Positions 19,501-29,395 of a stretch of DNA of 53,642 nt are shown here, piece by piece. Positions within the stretch are counted from its first letter, which is position 1. Each line of letters starts with the position of its first letter. The stretch is from a virus (lineage: Duplodnaviria; Caudoviricetes). A program made the position numbers and the translations under genes. A model generated the notes under the pieces. The model was not told the DNA's origin, made no database searches, and worked only from the letters and a program-made list of their open reading frames with translations. The stretch is taken from the IMG/VR virus record IMGVR_UViG_3300025098_000062, positions 1 through 53,642 of that record; one strand, 5' to 3'.

Positions 19501-21829
19501 TAAATGTCCTTTCAAATGAAGGTTGTTTTGCTCTTTGTTCTTGAGATAGATTCCATAGTTCACTTATTAAAGTATCTTTACCATGAAAGTTTATACACAT
19601 CTCTAAAACATTTTCATTAAATATCTTTTCACAATCTTGTGCCATAGCTAAAAGCTCACCAGTAGTCCAAAAGTTTTTATCTTTAACAGCTACTTTAAAA
19701 TACTTAGGTCTTGGCTCTTCATCATCAGCACCAGTTGTTTCTTTTTTCATATCATCTGTAGGTTCATTCATACAAGAATCATAGCCAAACAAATCAAACT
19801 GCCTGAATCCCATAGTATGCATAATACCAATAGCTCTCATTGCTGCACAAGTACCACCTGTAATTAATGTAGAACCTTTAGGTATACCTAGTTCTTCATT
19901 AAGTGTTACTTGATTATTTACTATACCTTTCTTTTGTTCTTCTGGGTCACGTAATGATTCTGTAAATGCATGCCATCCCCATATGTCTGCTTTCTTTTCT
20001 ATTAAATAATTAGTAACAGAAGGGTCAGTCATAGATGCAACAAAGAATTTAGTTGTTGGATGTATAGTTTTAAATAGTTCTTTTCTTACTACACCATGAG
20101 TACTTGTACCAGTAATAGGTCTAGGGTCTAGTACTATACAAGCCCAAGGTTGTATACCATGCTCTAATAATTTAGGATAAGAATGTTTAACAGCTATAAT
20201 TTTTTTCTTAGGATTATTGTATATAAAATCAGATAACTTTTTATAGTCTGTAAATGGACCACCTGAAACTACAATAGCACCTTGTTGATTCATTGGATAT
20301 TTAGATAACCATTTATCTTTATCTATAAGTTTCATGTTAGCTTTAATATTATTTCTAATATAATCTTTAGGAACACAATCTCTAGGATTAACTACAATAG
20401 GTACATTTAATAATTCTTTAGGTGGTTTATCTAAATCTTTACCATGTAATATTAAATTTAAATGTGTGTGTCCTCCTCCTCTAACTCTATCTCCTGAAGG
20501 AAGAACATACTTTTTTATTTCTTTATCTATAGATTTAAATACTTCATTAGTTCCTTTAAACTTTTCTTCTACATCATTCTTATCTTTATCAGCTAAGAAG
20601 TAATGGTCCATCATTACAATAGGTATATGTTTTAAACTATCGTAATCACTCTTAGCAGTAGGTATACTATTACCACCACCTATTAAAGCAAAGTCTATAG
20701 TAGGAAGAAACTTAAATAAATTTTCTTGTTTTAAAGTTTCTCTTGAGTTACCTTTAGTTAAAACAAAAGTAAATGTTTTCTTTTTTTCTTTCATTTTATC
20801 TTTAAACTCAGTTAATCTTTTGTCTACAGCAGCCATAGTATTATGTGCTTTAACATTAAACTCTTCTAAGTCTGTCTCTGTAGTCCCATCTTCAAACAAA
20901 TCATAACCATAGTATTCTACTTTATCTGTATATTCAAAAGCAGTTAAAGCCATTTCAATAGCACGTCCTGCATTCCATGTACCAACTTCTAAAAAGTTTT
21001 TAGGTTTATAGTGACGTATTACTTCAGCTAATTGTTTATATCTATTAGGCATTATGTCAGGACTTGTTTCTTCATTAGATAAATCAAATAATCTATTACC
21101 TTCTTTATCTCTTAATGGTAATGTAGAAGGATTAATATTACCATTAAAATGTAGAATCGTATCAGTAATACTTTCTAATGTAACAGCTTTTAATCCATGT
21201 GTTAAATATATATTCATTAATCTTTCTGTAATAAATGCATCATGCCATTCTCTATATTGAAATACTTCTCCTGCTACATATGCTTTTTTTAAATCCATAA
21301 GTAAATCATATGTTGCTTGATGATTTAAATTAAAAGCCATGACAGAAGAATCAATACCTTGAGTACCATCTTCATAACTACGTAATCCTCTATATGCTAT
21401 ATGTGCATCTTCAGGTAGCATCTTATCTAAGTCAGCTTCAGTTAATCTTTTATTTACATAAGAGTCTGCATCAATCCATATTAACCAACCTTTTTTATAC
21501 ACAGCTTCTGCATGTTTAGTTAATGCAAATACTTTATGACTATTTCTTTTAGCATCTAGTTTAATATTATATGTTATTTGTCCACCTTCTGTACCATCAT
21601 GTATAGAATGCATTTCTTTAAATGTATTATACTCTTTAATATCATTAATACTTTTATAAGAAATAGAATCTTTTTTAATTAATTTATAAGAGTCTATATT
21701 ACAATCGTGATAGTAGCAGGTTAAGTTTAATGCAGGTTCAAATTGATTGTCTATAGATTTAATTAAATGATGTCCTATATTCTTATAAATAGTTTCATTA
21801 AAAGAAGTTACAAAGTTGTACTTACTCAT
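19493..21829 (-). CDS. Three-domain fusion: GT-A-like glycosyltransferase + SAM methyltransferase + DUF115/Maf-like domain
   Basis: WIDAD (DxD); FLEVGTWNAG and YYGYDLF; AIVVSGGP and GGTCAAMRAIGIMHTMGFRQFDLFGYDS. Confidence 0.7.
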   Translation of the reverse strand: MSKYNFVTSFNETIYKNIGHHLIKSIDNQFEPALNLTCYYHDCNIDSYKLIKKDSISYKSINDIKEYNTFKEMHSIHDGTEGGQITYNIKLDAKRNSHKVFALTKHAEAVYKKGWLIWIDADSYVNKRLTEADLDKMLPEDAHIAYRGLRSYEDGTQGIDSSVMAFNLNHQATYDLLMDLKKAYVAGEVFQYREWHDAFITERLMNIYLTHGLKAVTLESITDTILHFNGNINPSTLPLRDKEGNRLFDLSNEETSPDIMPNRYKQLAEVIRHYKPKNFLEVGTWNAGRAIEMALTAFEYTDKVEYYGYDLFEDGTTETDLEEFNVKAHNTMAAVDKRLTEFKDKMKEKKKTFTFVLTKGNSRETLKQENLFKFLPTIDFALIGGGNSIPTAKSDYDSLKHIPIVMMDHYFLADKDKNDVEEKFKGTNEVFKSIDKEIKKYVLPSGDRVRGGGHTHLNLILHGKDLDKPPKELLNVPIVVNPRDCVPKDYIRNNIKANMKLIDKDKWLSKYPMNQQGAIVVSGGPFTDYKKLSDFIYNNPKKKIIAVKHSYPKLLEHGIQPWACIVLDPRPITGTSTHGVVRKELFKTIHPTTKFFVASMTDPSVTNYLIEKKADIWGWHAFTESLRDPEEQKKGIVNNQVTLNEELGIPKGSTLITGGTCAAMRAIGIMHTMGFRQFDLFGYDSCMNEPTDDMKKETTGADDEEPRPKYFKVAVKDKNFWTTGELLAMAQDCEKIFNENVLEMCINFHGKDTLISELWNLSQEQRAKQPSFERTFNE

Positions 21830-22614
21830 ATTAGATAGTCCTTATCTTGTGGTAGAATGCCATTATATTTTAACCACTTAGCATCATTACACCATTCAAC
21901 AGCATATTTATTATCTTGTACTCTTGTTCCACCCCAGTCCTTAAACCAAGGTCCACCTGTAGTAAAGTGTACATTCTTAGCTTCTAATTTTTCATTTGAG
22001 TGTCCATCTAACCAGTTCCATTCTTCAGGTAGAGTTCCTATATCTGCTTCTTTATCTGGTAACCATTGAAATGTATGCAGCCATCTTCCTGTTTGAGTAT
22101 TGATAGCATCTACTGTAAGTTTTTCATTATAGTGATGTGAACAATTAAACATCATAAGACTAGACCAGTTCTTTCTTGCATAAGGTTCTTGTACTTTACC
22201 ATCCATTTTAGTTCCTTTAGGTGGTTCATACTTATGTTTAACACACCATAATGGATAATAATTATCTTGACACATGTCAAATAATTCTGTTATATCAGTT
22301 CTAATATACATATCACAGTCCATATATAAAGCTAAACCTTGATACATATTTAAATGTGGTACAAGAAATCTAGTAAAACTAAAATCAGTAGAGAAAGGTT
22401 TACCATCTATTTCATCAAAAGATTGTCCTCCTATTGAGTTAGATTTTCTAGTATATAATCCCATTCTTGAAACAACATCTTTTTTAATTGGTACAACACG
22501 TACACCTTTAGTTGCTATTCTTTCTATTGAAAACTTTAAAACTTCATAAGCTGTATGTTCTCTTGAATCATAACCAATGTATACTGTATTAGTCATTTCT
22601 TTTCTTATCCTCAT
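21826..22614 (-). CDS. GT-A fold glycosyltransferase (GT8/CDI-like)
   Basis: VYIGYD, STDFSFTRF, YMDCDM, RKNWSS, EEWNWL and HFTTGGPW. Confidence 0.85.
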   Translation of the reverse strand: MRIRKEMTNTVYIGYDSREHTAYEVLKFSIERIATKGVRVVPIKKDVVSRMGLYTRKSNSIGGQSFDEIDGKPFSTDFSFTRFLVPHLNMYQGLALYMDCDMYIRTDITELFDMCQDNYYPLWCVKHKYEPPKGTKMDGKVQEPYARKNWSSLMMFNCSHHYNEKLTVDAINTQTGRWLHTFQWLPDKEADIGTLPEEWNWLDGHSNEKLEAKNVHFTTGGPWFKDWGGTRVQDNKYAVEWCNDAKWLKYNGILPQDKDYLI

Positions 22615-22647
22615 GCTATCTCCTGTATATAATATTGTAGTGTTCTA

Positions 22648-22676
22648 ATTATAAATCATTTATATATTAAAGTCAA
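22648..22676 (-). promoter_or_regulatory. Sigma70 promoter for the glycosyl/methyltransferase cluster
   Basis: Minus strand TTGACT-N17-TATAAT in the intergenic gap. Confidence 0.75.
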
Positions 22677-22683
22677 CAAATAT

Positions 22684-24603
22684 TTATATATCTACTAACT
22701 CACATGAACCTGCAGTGCATGCTAACTCTTGTGAACCTTTTGTTGTATCTTCTTTCTCAAACTTACTAAGCTCAGACCAGTTAATATTCTTTGGCATTTT
22801 AGCTGCAAGCTCTTCATATGTAGCTTTATCTATGTCTTGATAAGGTGCTTGTTGATATGTATGGTCAGAAAAAGGTAAGAAAGATATACCAGATAGTGCA
22901 TCAAAGTTATCCCAACACCAATTACCTACGTTAATCCATTCATGTTCTTTAACAGATATAGTTACTGAAGGTTTATGTTCACACCAATGCTCTGCATAAC
23001 ACTTCCATATCTCTAGCTGTTCTATAGCTGTCATATCATCTCTGAATACAGCATTAGAATCTGCTTTCATAGGAAAAGAAAATACAGAATTATTTGGCTG
23101 CATTACATCATCTTCACAAGGTATACCCTGGTCTTTCATAAATTCTGTTAGTGGGTCTTTCTTATCTCCTCTAACTGTTCTTATGTAATAAGGATTATGT
23201 CTAGCATGAATACCACTAGCACTATCTACTAACTGACTAACTGTGCCTGAAGGTTTAACACAAGTAATAGCTGTTGATTGTGGTATGCCTAACTTCTCTG
23301 ACCACTCTTTGTTTACTGTTACAGCTTTTTGTTTCATATCTTGTAGTGTTTCTGGTAACGTACTTCTCATTCTAGATAGTATACTATTATCCATAATACC
23401 TGTTAATGATACACCAAGTAATCTTTCTTCTTCTGTATTATCTTTCCATCTCTTTCTTAGATAACCAAAGTTAGTAAGTGTAGCTTGTATTGTACCTAAT
23501 ATAGTAGCTACTTCTATTTTATTCTTTAATGTTTCTACTGTATCAGTAGGTCTACATACTACCTCAGTTAAGTTACAAAACTGATTAGGTCTAAGTATAA
23601 TTTCACTACAAGGATTAGTACCAAATGCATAGTCTGATTTACGTCTACCATTCTCTTTAGCTTTTGCTTGAGCTGATACTCTACTAAAGATACCACGTTC
23701 ACCTGATTTACTTTCATATAAAGCTAACCATTCTTTCATAAAAATACCTACATCAGGTTTCTCTGTATAAGCTACTGAGTTATTAGCTAATGCTCTTTCA
23801 GGATTTGTCTCCCACCAAGCACCAGACTTAGCAACTCTTAATCTCTGGTCTGATAAATTAGATAGAGATATAAGAGCTGACCTACGTACACCACCAACAA
23901 CTACAACTTCACCTGTTTTACATACAATATCGTGACACTCCATAGAAGATAACTTTCTACCTTTAGCTTCTTTAAATTTATTAATAGTAAAATCAATTAA
24001 ATTAAGTAATGGTTGAGGACCACTAGCTCTTCCTCCAAATGTTTTTAATCTTGCACCTGCAGGTCTTATTTTATTTGGGTCTATTTTAGGTACTCTATTA
24101 GTATAAAGAAAAGATATTAAATCTCTAAATGCTCTAGCCCATCCTTCTTTAGAATCAGCTATAGATATTACATCTTCTGTATGTTCAAACTCTCTATCAG
24201 GTATAGTAGGTAGTTTAGAAACTCCTTCTCTTTCAACAGAAAAACCTACACCTGTACCATTCATAAGTATATAAAGTATCTCATCAAAAGAACGAGGACT
24301 ATCTATAGGTACATAAGAACAATTATATCCTGATATGTTTTCTCTTTCTAGTGCTGGACCTGCTGTCATTAATGCTCTCATTGAAGGCATAACTTGTAGT
24401 CCTATAATACTATCTTCTATTCTTCTCCATACTTCAGGAGGTAATACTACACCTAAGTTTTTATCTAAATGTCCTTGCATAAAATTACTAAACCTAGATA
24501 CTGTTTCAATCCAGCTTTCTCTTCTACCTTCATCAGGTAACCAACGTGCATATCTAGATGCATGTATAAATGTTTGATAGTCTGTAGGTAAATAATTACT
24601 CAT
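22684..24603 (-). CDS. nrdJ: Class II (adenosylcobalamin-dependent) ribonucleotide reductase, monomeric RTPR-like
   Basis: MPSMRA, YNCS, GGVRRSA, TNPCSEI, VKPSGT and C-terminal CTAGSC; no NrdB gene in the window. Confidence 0.9.
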   Translation of the reverse strand: MSNYLPTDYQTFIHASRYARWLPDEGRRESWIETVSRFSNFMQGHLDKNLGVVLPPEVWRRIEDSIIGLQVMPSMRALMTAGPALERENISGYNCSYVPIDSPRSFDEILYILMNGTGVGFSVEREGVSKLPTIPDREFEHTEDVISIADSKEGWARAFRDLISFLYTNRVPKIDPNKIRPAGARLKTFGGRASGPQPLLNLIDFTINKFKEAKGRKLSSMECHDIVCKTGEVVVVGGVRRSALISLSNLSDQRLRVAKSGAWWETNPERALANNSVAYTEKPDVGIFMKEWLALYESKSGERGIFSRVSAQAKAKENGRRKSDYAFGTNPCSEIILRPNQFCNLTEVVCRPTDTVETLKNKIEVATILGTIQATLTNFGYLRKRWKDNTEEERLLGVSLTGIMDNSILSRMRSTLPETLQDMKQKAVTVNKEWSEKLGIPQSTAITCVKPSGTVSQLVDSASGIHARHNPYYIRTVRGDKKDPLTEFMKDQGIPCEDDVMQPNNSVFSFPMKADSNAVFRDDMTAIEQLEIWKCYAEHWCEHKPSVTISVKEHEWINVGNWCWDNFDALSGISFLPFSDHTYQQAPYQDIDKATYEELAAKMPKNINWSELSKFEKEDTTKGSQELACTAGSCELVDI

Positions 24604-24904
24604 TATTAAACTGCTCCTTATATTTTTCTATTGCTAACTGTAGACAGTGAATTCCTTTTTCATAATCTTCAATTACATTTCTACCTTTATTTTTATGCCT
24701 AGCTCTTGTTATATATTTAATACTATTTCCTTCTAAAAAAGTTAAATTGTTTGCTACAATATAATCTACAGGTTGAATCTTTAAATTTTTATAATGATTT
24801 CCTCCTACTTGTTTACCTCTTATAGCAACTTCTTTTAAATTTGTTTTATTAAAATCTTTTTTATCTTTAACTGTTTCTCTTATTGCATCATCCATTTGTC
24901 CCAT
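24596..24904 (-). CDS. DUF3310 / SaV-like protein
   Basis: QVGGNHY, IQPVDYI and FLEGNSIKYITR. Confidence 0.8.
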   Translation of the reverse strand: MGQMDDAIRETVKDKKDFNKTNLKEVAIRGKQVGGNHYKNLKIQPVDYIVANNLTFLEGNSIKYITRARHKNKGRNVIEDYEKGIHCLQLAIEKYKEQFNNE

Positions 24905-24916
24905 TTTATTTTCCTT

Positions 24917-25036
24917 TTATAATTTTGATAAAAAATAGGCTACTAAAACAATTAGTAACCCTATACATATTCCTACTAGTAAAAAAAATATATTAACATC
25001 ATAACTTGAATTGAAGTATAACATTAGTACATTCAT
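24917..25036 (-). CDS. Small single-TM protein (39 aa)
   Basis: Not in the track; fills the gap; hydrophobic IFFLLVGICIGLLIVLVAYFL. Confidence 0.4.
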   Translation of the reverse strand: MNVLMLYFNSSYDVNIFFLLVGICIGLLIVLVAYFLSKL

Positions 25037-25043
25037 AGTCAAC

Positions 25044-25382
25044 TCATTTAGATAACAACTTATTAATTCTTTTTCTTACATACTTAACTTCTTTTGATTG
25101 TAAAACTTTATATGCAAATCCTCTAACATATTTAGAATCTAAGTTAGCACTATCACATATGTATTCAAAGTTAGAACAAGTAACACCTACAGTAGAAAAA
25201 AACCATCCTTTAGCTTGGTCTCTAGCTACAATACTTATTTCAGTTTCATTAGATGCTTCAGGTTTTGTTGCATCTAGTAATGCTTGAAGTATTACTGATA
25301 AGAATAAAAGTCTTTCAGTAGGACAATCACTAAATGATTTCTGCAAATATTCTGTGTATAGTATTTCTTGTTTTTCTTTCAT
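25044..25382 (-). CDS. Hypothetical protein
   Basis: 112 aa in the replication operon. Confidence 0.6.
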   Translation of the reverse strand: MKEKQEILYTEYLQKSFSDCPTERLLFLSVILQALLDATKPEASNETEISIVARDQAKGWFFSTVGVTCSNFEYICDSANLDSKYVRGFAYKVLQSKEVKYVRKRINKLLSK

Positions 25383-25740
25383 TAATCCACTCTTCAGGTA
25401 TCCCTTCTCTTAAAGAACAATATTTAAAATTGTGTCTGATGCACCAACTTGCATTAGTCATCTTACCACCTTTATATAATTTAGCTTTTGGATTATCAAA
25501 TATAAATCTTATATCTAATTCTGGTTTTTGTTTTTTTATAAACAAATGTTTCTTTCTATCTTCTCTTACGAATCTACCTTTAACTTCTAATATAATTCCA
25601 TTTTCTTTTAATATAAAATCTGGAATATATCTTTTATGTTCTAACCATTCGTATTCTATTTTACCTTTTTCATATTCATGAGCTATCTTTTTATCTATAA
25701 GTAAGTTGTATATCTTTTCTTCTGACTTACTACGAAACAT
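25330..25740 (-). CDS. T7 endonuclease I-like Holliday junction resolvase
   Basis: FRSKSEE, YIPDF, EVKGRF, RKKHL and LDIRFIF. Confidence 0.9.
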   Translation of the reverse strand: MFRSKSEEKIYNLLIDKKIAHEYEKGKIEYEWLEHKRYIPDFILKENGIILEVKGRFVREDRKKHLFIKKQKPELDIRFIFDNPKAKLYKGGKMTNASWCIRHNFKYCSLREGIPEEWINERKTRNTIHRIFAEII

Positions 25741-26593
25741 TTACTTCTTCGACATTAGGTAATTTTTTAACTTGTGTAAGATGTCTAATGCCTTTTGAAT
25801 ATTTAAAACCACGTAGTCCCTTACCCTCATTAGCATCAGCCCAACATTCTCTTTTATAAGAGCAGTATACGCAACCAATCGAAAGTTTAAAGTTACCACT
25901 AACACCATCAGGTACATCAGGGTAGCACCTCTGAGGTTTAATATCTTGTACCACAACTTTTTTAAGGTGTTTAATCCTATCTTTAGCATTTATCATCTCC
26001 ATATCATGTAGTTTAAGTAAAGCAAGTGAACCATTCTGTTTATCAATAGCAAAGAAAGCAGCTTCTTTATCTCCATGAGCATCAGCATAAGCTGATATCT
26101 GTGCTATGTAACCGAAAGGGTCTTCTTCTCTTAATGTACCATGACTAAATTTTTTAAAAGAAGAAGCTGATGCACTCTTAACATCAACTAATACTCCATC
26201 TATTCTACAGTCTTGATGTCCTACAACACCTTGTACTTTAACTTCTTTCTGTTCTTCCGTAACAGTATGTCCTGCTAGTTTAGTTAAAGCTATAAGTAAA
26301 GACTCTAACATATGTCCATATAAAAACTTTATTCTAGTAGCAGGTGTAAATTGTTTTTCTTTATTAGTGTTCTTCATATCATACCATAGTTGTCTGTCTG
26401 GTTTTCCTATAGCAGATAATCTTAAATTATTTTTTCCTCTAGGTTCATTATATAGATAATCAAAAAGACATTCTTTTATTTCTTTTCCTAATTGTTCTAG
26501 TATTTTATTTGCTTCTGTCTTAGATAAGTTTGGTTTGTTTGCTAAATCAAATAGTCTATAAATATCTTCTACTAATGTATCAATGTTTTTCAT
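25730..26593 (-). CDS. PD-(D/E)XK exonuclease (Cas4/RecB-like)
   Basis: GHQDCRIDG, DVKSAS, YIAQISAY and C-terminal CVYC..C. Confidence 0.8.
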   Translation of the reverse strand: MKNIDTLVEDIYRLFDLANKPNLSKTEANKILEQLGKEIKECLFDYLYNEPRGKNNLRLSAIGKPDRQLWYDMKNTNKEKQFTPATRIKFLYGHMLESLLIALTKLAGHTVTEEQKEVKVQGVVGHQDCRIDGVLVDVKSASASSFKKFSHGTLREEDPFGYIAQISAYADAHGDKEAAFFAIDKQNGSLALLKLHDMEMINAKDRIKHLKKVVVQDIKPQRCYPDVPDGVSGNFKLSIGCVYCSYKRECWADANEGKGLRGFKYSKGIRHLTQVKKLPNVEEVNVS

Positions 26594-26597
26594 GTGT

Positions 26598-26636
26598 AAA
26601 AAAAGGGAGTAGTAAAATGAACTAAAACTACTCCCT
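26598..26636 (-). terminator. Rho-independent terminator after the SSB gene
   Basis: AGGGAGTAGT/ACTACTCCCT 10-bp stem followed by a U-run on the minus strand. Confidence 0.75.
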
Positions 26637-26653
26637 ATCCCTTCAGTTAGGAA

Positions 26654-27121
26654 TTATGCAAAAGCTGCAGAAGTATCTTCATTTGATGTATATCCATCTT
26701 TAACTACATCAAAATCTTCTTGTGGTCCTGAATCATAAGGTACAAGGTCTGTTACTTGTACTGATTTTAAATCAGCTGATGTACCTTTTCTACCTTTAAA
26801 CTCCCAATCGTATGTAGAGTATAGTACATTAACTAAGGAACCATTTCCTATTAGTGTATTGATAAGAGGTCTCTTTTGAGCATCTACTACAATAGGTGCA
26901 GCATTCTCATTACCATCTTTTCTTTTCACTTTTCTTTTTACTGTTACAAAATCTCCTCGGTCATCACCTTTGTTCTTAATAGTAAGTCCATCAGCTTTAA
27001 CCATTTCAATGTTCTTTTTATCTAAGTTACAAACATCAAGAGTCCACACACCATCTGCATCAAATGTTGTATTAGGTGATGTAATGGATGCCCAATAAGC
27101 TTTTCCTGTTATAACTGTCAT
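26654..27121 (-). CDS. ssDNA-binding protein (T7 gp2.5-like)
   Basis: ITGKAYWA, IGNGSLVNV, VQVTDLV and an acidic tail ending in an aromatic residue. Confidence 0.8.
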   Translation of the reverse strand: MTVITGKAYWASITSPNTTFDADGVWTLDVCNLDKKNIEMVKADGLTIKNKGDDRGDFVTVKRKVKRKDGNENAAPIVVDAQKRPLINTLIGNGSLVNVLYSTYDWEFKGRKGTSADLKSVQVTDLVPYDSGPQEDFDVVKDGYTSNEDTSAAFA

Positions 27122-27199
27122 ATTTAATTAACTCCTTTTTACTGTTATAAGATACATAATCATGTACCTTTTGTTATTAATAAATTTATTATTATATAT

Positions 27200-27625
27200 T
27201 TAATTATTATTGTCAATACTTTTTTTAATAATATCTGAAGAAAAAATATTCTGGATATTCATTAGATACATTTTACTTGCATTATGGTCTCCACCAGATA
27301 CTGTTTTCTTATTAGTTGTTTGTTCTACAATACGTCTAAGCATATCAGTTTTAAAAACTAATGTTGCATATACGTCTTCATTTATACATAGATTATGAAA
27401 CCAATAGTCTGATTCAGTAGCTGCTATACCACTAGGTTTACCATAGCTTTCATATTCTATTGCTATGTTACCTGTCTTTAACCACATACCTCTTTCTGAT
27501 TTCACTTCTATCTTCTTATCTTGTAACATGTCTGCTACAATCTTCTCTTTAACTAGACCATACTTTAAGTCTAAATCAAATTTCTTTCTATCTTGTATCT
27601 TTGGTTTTAATGTGTTGCTGCCCAT
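27200..27625 (-). CDS. Hypothetical protein, PD-(D/E)XK nuclease-like
   Basis: KIEVKSE, TGNIAIEY and KPSGI; likely start MGSNT. Confidence 0.55.
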   Translation of the reverse strand: MGSNTLKPKIQDRKKFDLDLKYGLVKEKIVADMLQDKKIEVKSERGMWLKTGNIAIEYESYGKPSGIAATESDYWFHNLCINEDVYATLVFKTDMLRRIVEQTTNKKTVSGGDHNASKMYLMNIQNIFSSDIIKKSIDNNN

Positions 27626-29244
27626 GTTAATCCTGCCTTCCACTCACTATCTAAAGGACAATTAAGTTTTAATATTTGTTCTGTTTGTTTAATAGATTCT
27701 TTACTTATCTGTCCAAACTTTTGTACATCTTTATGATTAACTTCAAATTGATATTCATCATGAACAGATGCTACTAAGTGAGCATCAATACCAGAAGCAG
27801 TAATCATATCCATCATACATACTAACCATTGTTTACAAACAATAGCACCTGCTCCTTGTAGTAAAGTATTTAAAGCACTATGAGGACTACGTATTTGAAA
27901 GACTCTACCATCTAATCCTTTAATAACTCCTTTTATAGAAGCTTCTTGTACATTATCACGTAATGCTGCAAGAGCAGGCATATTAGTTAAGAATCTGTTA
28001 ACTAATATTTGTCCTTGTTTAGCACCTGCATCTACAACTTTACCTATTTTAGCTGCACCTGCTCCATATAAAAAAGCATATATAAATGTTTTAGCTTGGT
28101 CTCTATTAGTTAAACCTGCCATCTTCATATTAGCTGTATGTATGTCACCTGTTAACAACTCATTAGTAAATTTAGCATCATTCATATAATGTGCTAGACA
28201 TCTTAATTCTAAACCACTCGCATCAGTACCTACCAATGTATACTTAGAAGAGTCAGATACTGTCCAACAATCTCTACATTCTTTACCATAAGGAGAATAG
28301 GTAGCAGGTACTTGAGCAAGGTTCGGAGAATTGTGTGCCATACGTCCTGTAACAGTTTTTAATGTCATTACTCTACCATGTACTTTGTTATCATCTCCAC
28401 ATAACTCTATCCAGGATTTAATTTGTGACACTCTTTTTTGTAGTAGTAAATATCTTGAAAACATTTTAGCTTCTTTCATATCAATATTATTTAATACTTC
28501 TTCATTTACTATTACATTACCTTTATCAGTTTTAAGTTTAGGTTTCCATCCTTTTTCTATTAAACGTTCAGCTATTTGTTTTCTACTACCAATATTAAAA
28601 GGTATATATTTAACTTTAGTTTTAAGTTGAACTTCTGTAGGTGGAAATATTTCTGTAGCTTCATTAGATAAACTATTAGCTTCATCTTCTAAGGATGCTT
28701 TAAGTGTAGTTGCTTTTCTTAAATCTAAAGTAAATCCATTCTCTTCTTGCTTATCTATAATAACTCTAACTTTTTTTTCTAGTTCTATAGATTCATTAGA
28801 AAATTTACTTTTCTCTTTATCTAATTCATTCATTACTTTATGAGTTAAGTTTACATCCTGTGTGCAGTACGTAAGCATATCAGGAGAATACGTATCAAAA
28901 GAATCCATATCTCCTTTTTCAAATCTTAACTTCTTTCCCCATGCATTTAGTCCATGTCCTTCTTCTCTTATAGGATTAAAGAGTTGTGATTCTATTAGAG
29001 TATCTCTTATTTGATTAGATTCAATAGACGAACCAGTAAATTTATTTAATAAAGGTGCATCAAAAGATAAACCATTATGCATTATAAATGTATCAATGTT
29101 CTTACTCCAATCTTTAAAGTCTTTACATTCTTCTTGTACCCAATGTTTAATCGTATTAGTCTTAGGACACTTAGCTACAATACAATGTATTTGAGTAGCT
29201 TCATTCTTAAAACCATTTGTTTCTATATCAACTATAGCTGCCAT
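27607..29244 (-). CDS. polA: DNA polymerase family A (T7-like) with 3'-5' exonuclease
   Basis: DIETNG, HNGLSFD, DASGLELR, AKTFIYAFLYGAG and VHDEYQ; start MAAIVD after GGAGGAG. Confidence 0.95.
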   Translation of the reverse strand: MAAIVDIETNGFKNEATQIHCIVAKCPKTNTIKHWVQEECKDFKDWSKNIDTFIMHNGLSFDAPLLNKFTGSSIESNQIRDTLIESQLFNPIREEGHGLNAWGKKLRFEKGDMDSFDTYSPDMLTYCTQDVNLTHKVMNELDKEKSKFSNESIELEKKVRVIIDKQEENGFTLDLRKATTLKASLEDEANSLSNEATEIFPPTEVQLKTKVKYIPFNIGSRKQIAERLIEKGWKPKLKTDKGNVIVNEEVLNNIDMKEAKMFSRYLLLQKRVSQIKSWIELCGDDNKVHGRVMTLKTVTGRMAHNSPNLAQVPATYSPYGKECRDCWTVSDSSKYTLVGTDASGLELRCLAHYMNDAKFTNELLTGDIHTANMKMAGLTNRDQAKTFIYAFLYGAGAAKIGKVVDAGAKQGQILVNRFLTNMPALAALRDNVQEASIKGVIKGLDGRVFQIRSPHSALNTLLQGAGAIVCKQWLVCMMDMITASGIDAHLVASVHDEYQFEVNHKDVQKFGQISKESIKQTEQILKLNCPLDSEWKAGLTWAATH

Positions 29245-29383
29245 CTTTCTCCTCCTTTCCACACCAGTTACAAGGTTCTCCTTCACCTATTTCCATTAAA
29301 CTATCTTCAACATTACAATAGTGTTTCCACATTTTTATTCTATCTGGATTTTCACTAGGTTCTTCTGGAATAATATATTTCAT
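29228..29383 (-). CDS. Small Zn-binding protein (51 aa, HYC...CNWC)
   Basis: Not in the track; fills the gap between the MTase and polA. Confidence 0.55.
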   Translation of the reverse strand: MKYIIPEEPSENPDRIKMWKHYCNVEDSLMEIGEGEPCNWCGKEEKDGSYS

Positions 29384-29395
29384 TTTATTTTCTCT

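Noticed and set aside
24604-25043. Cobalamin riboswitch upstream of nrdJ
   Set aside because: The region is filled by coding ORFs and I see no B12-box motif.
25730-26593. Cas4-like nuclease as evidence of a CRISPR system
   Set aside because: No repeat-spacer array or other cas genes are present; stand-alone PD-(D/E)XK exonucleases are common in phage replication modules.
27188-27216. Sigma70 promoter upstream of the SSB gene (TTGACA)
   Set aside because: The -35 is perfect, but TATAAT is at 14-nt spacing and only AATAAT at 17 nt in very AT-rich DNA; plausible but not well supported.
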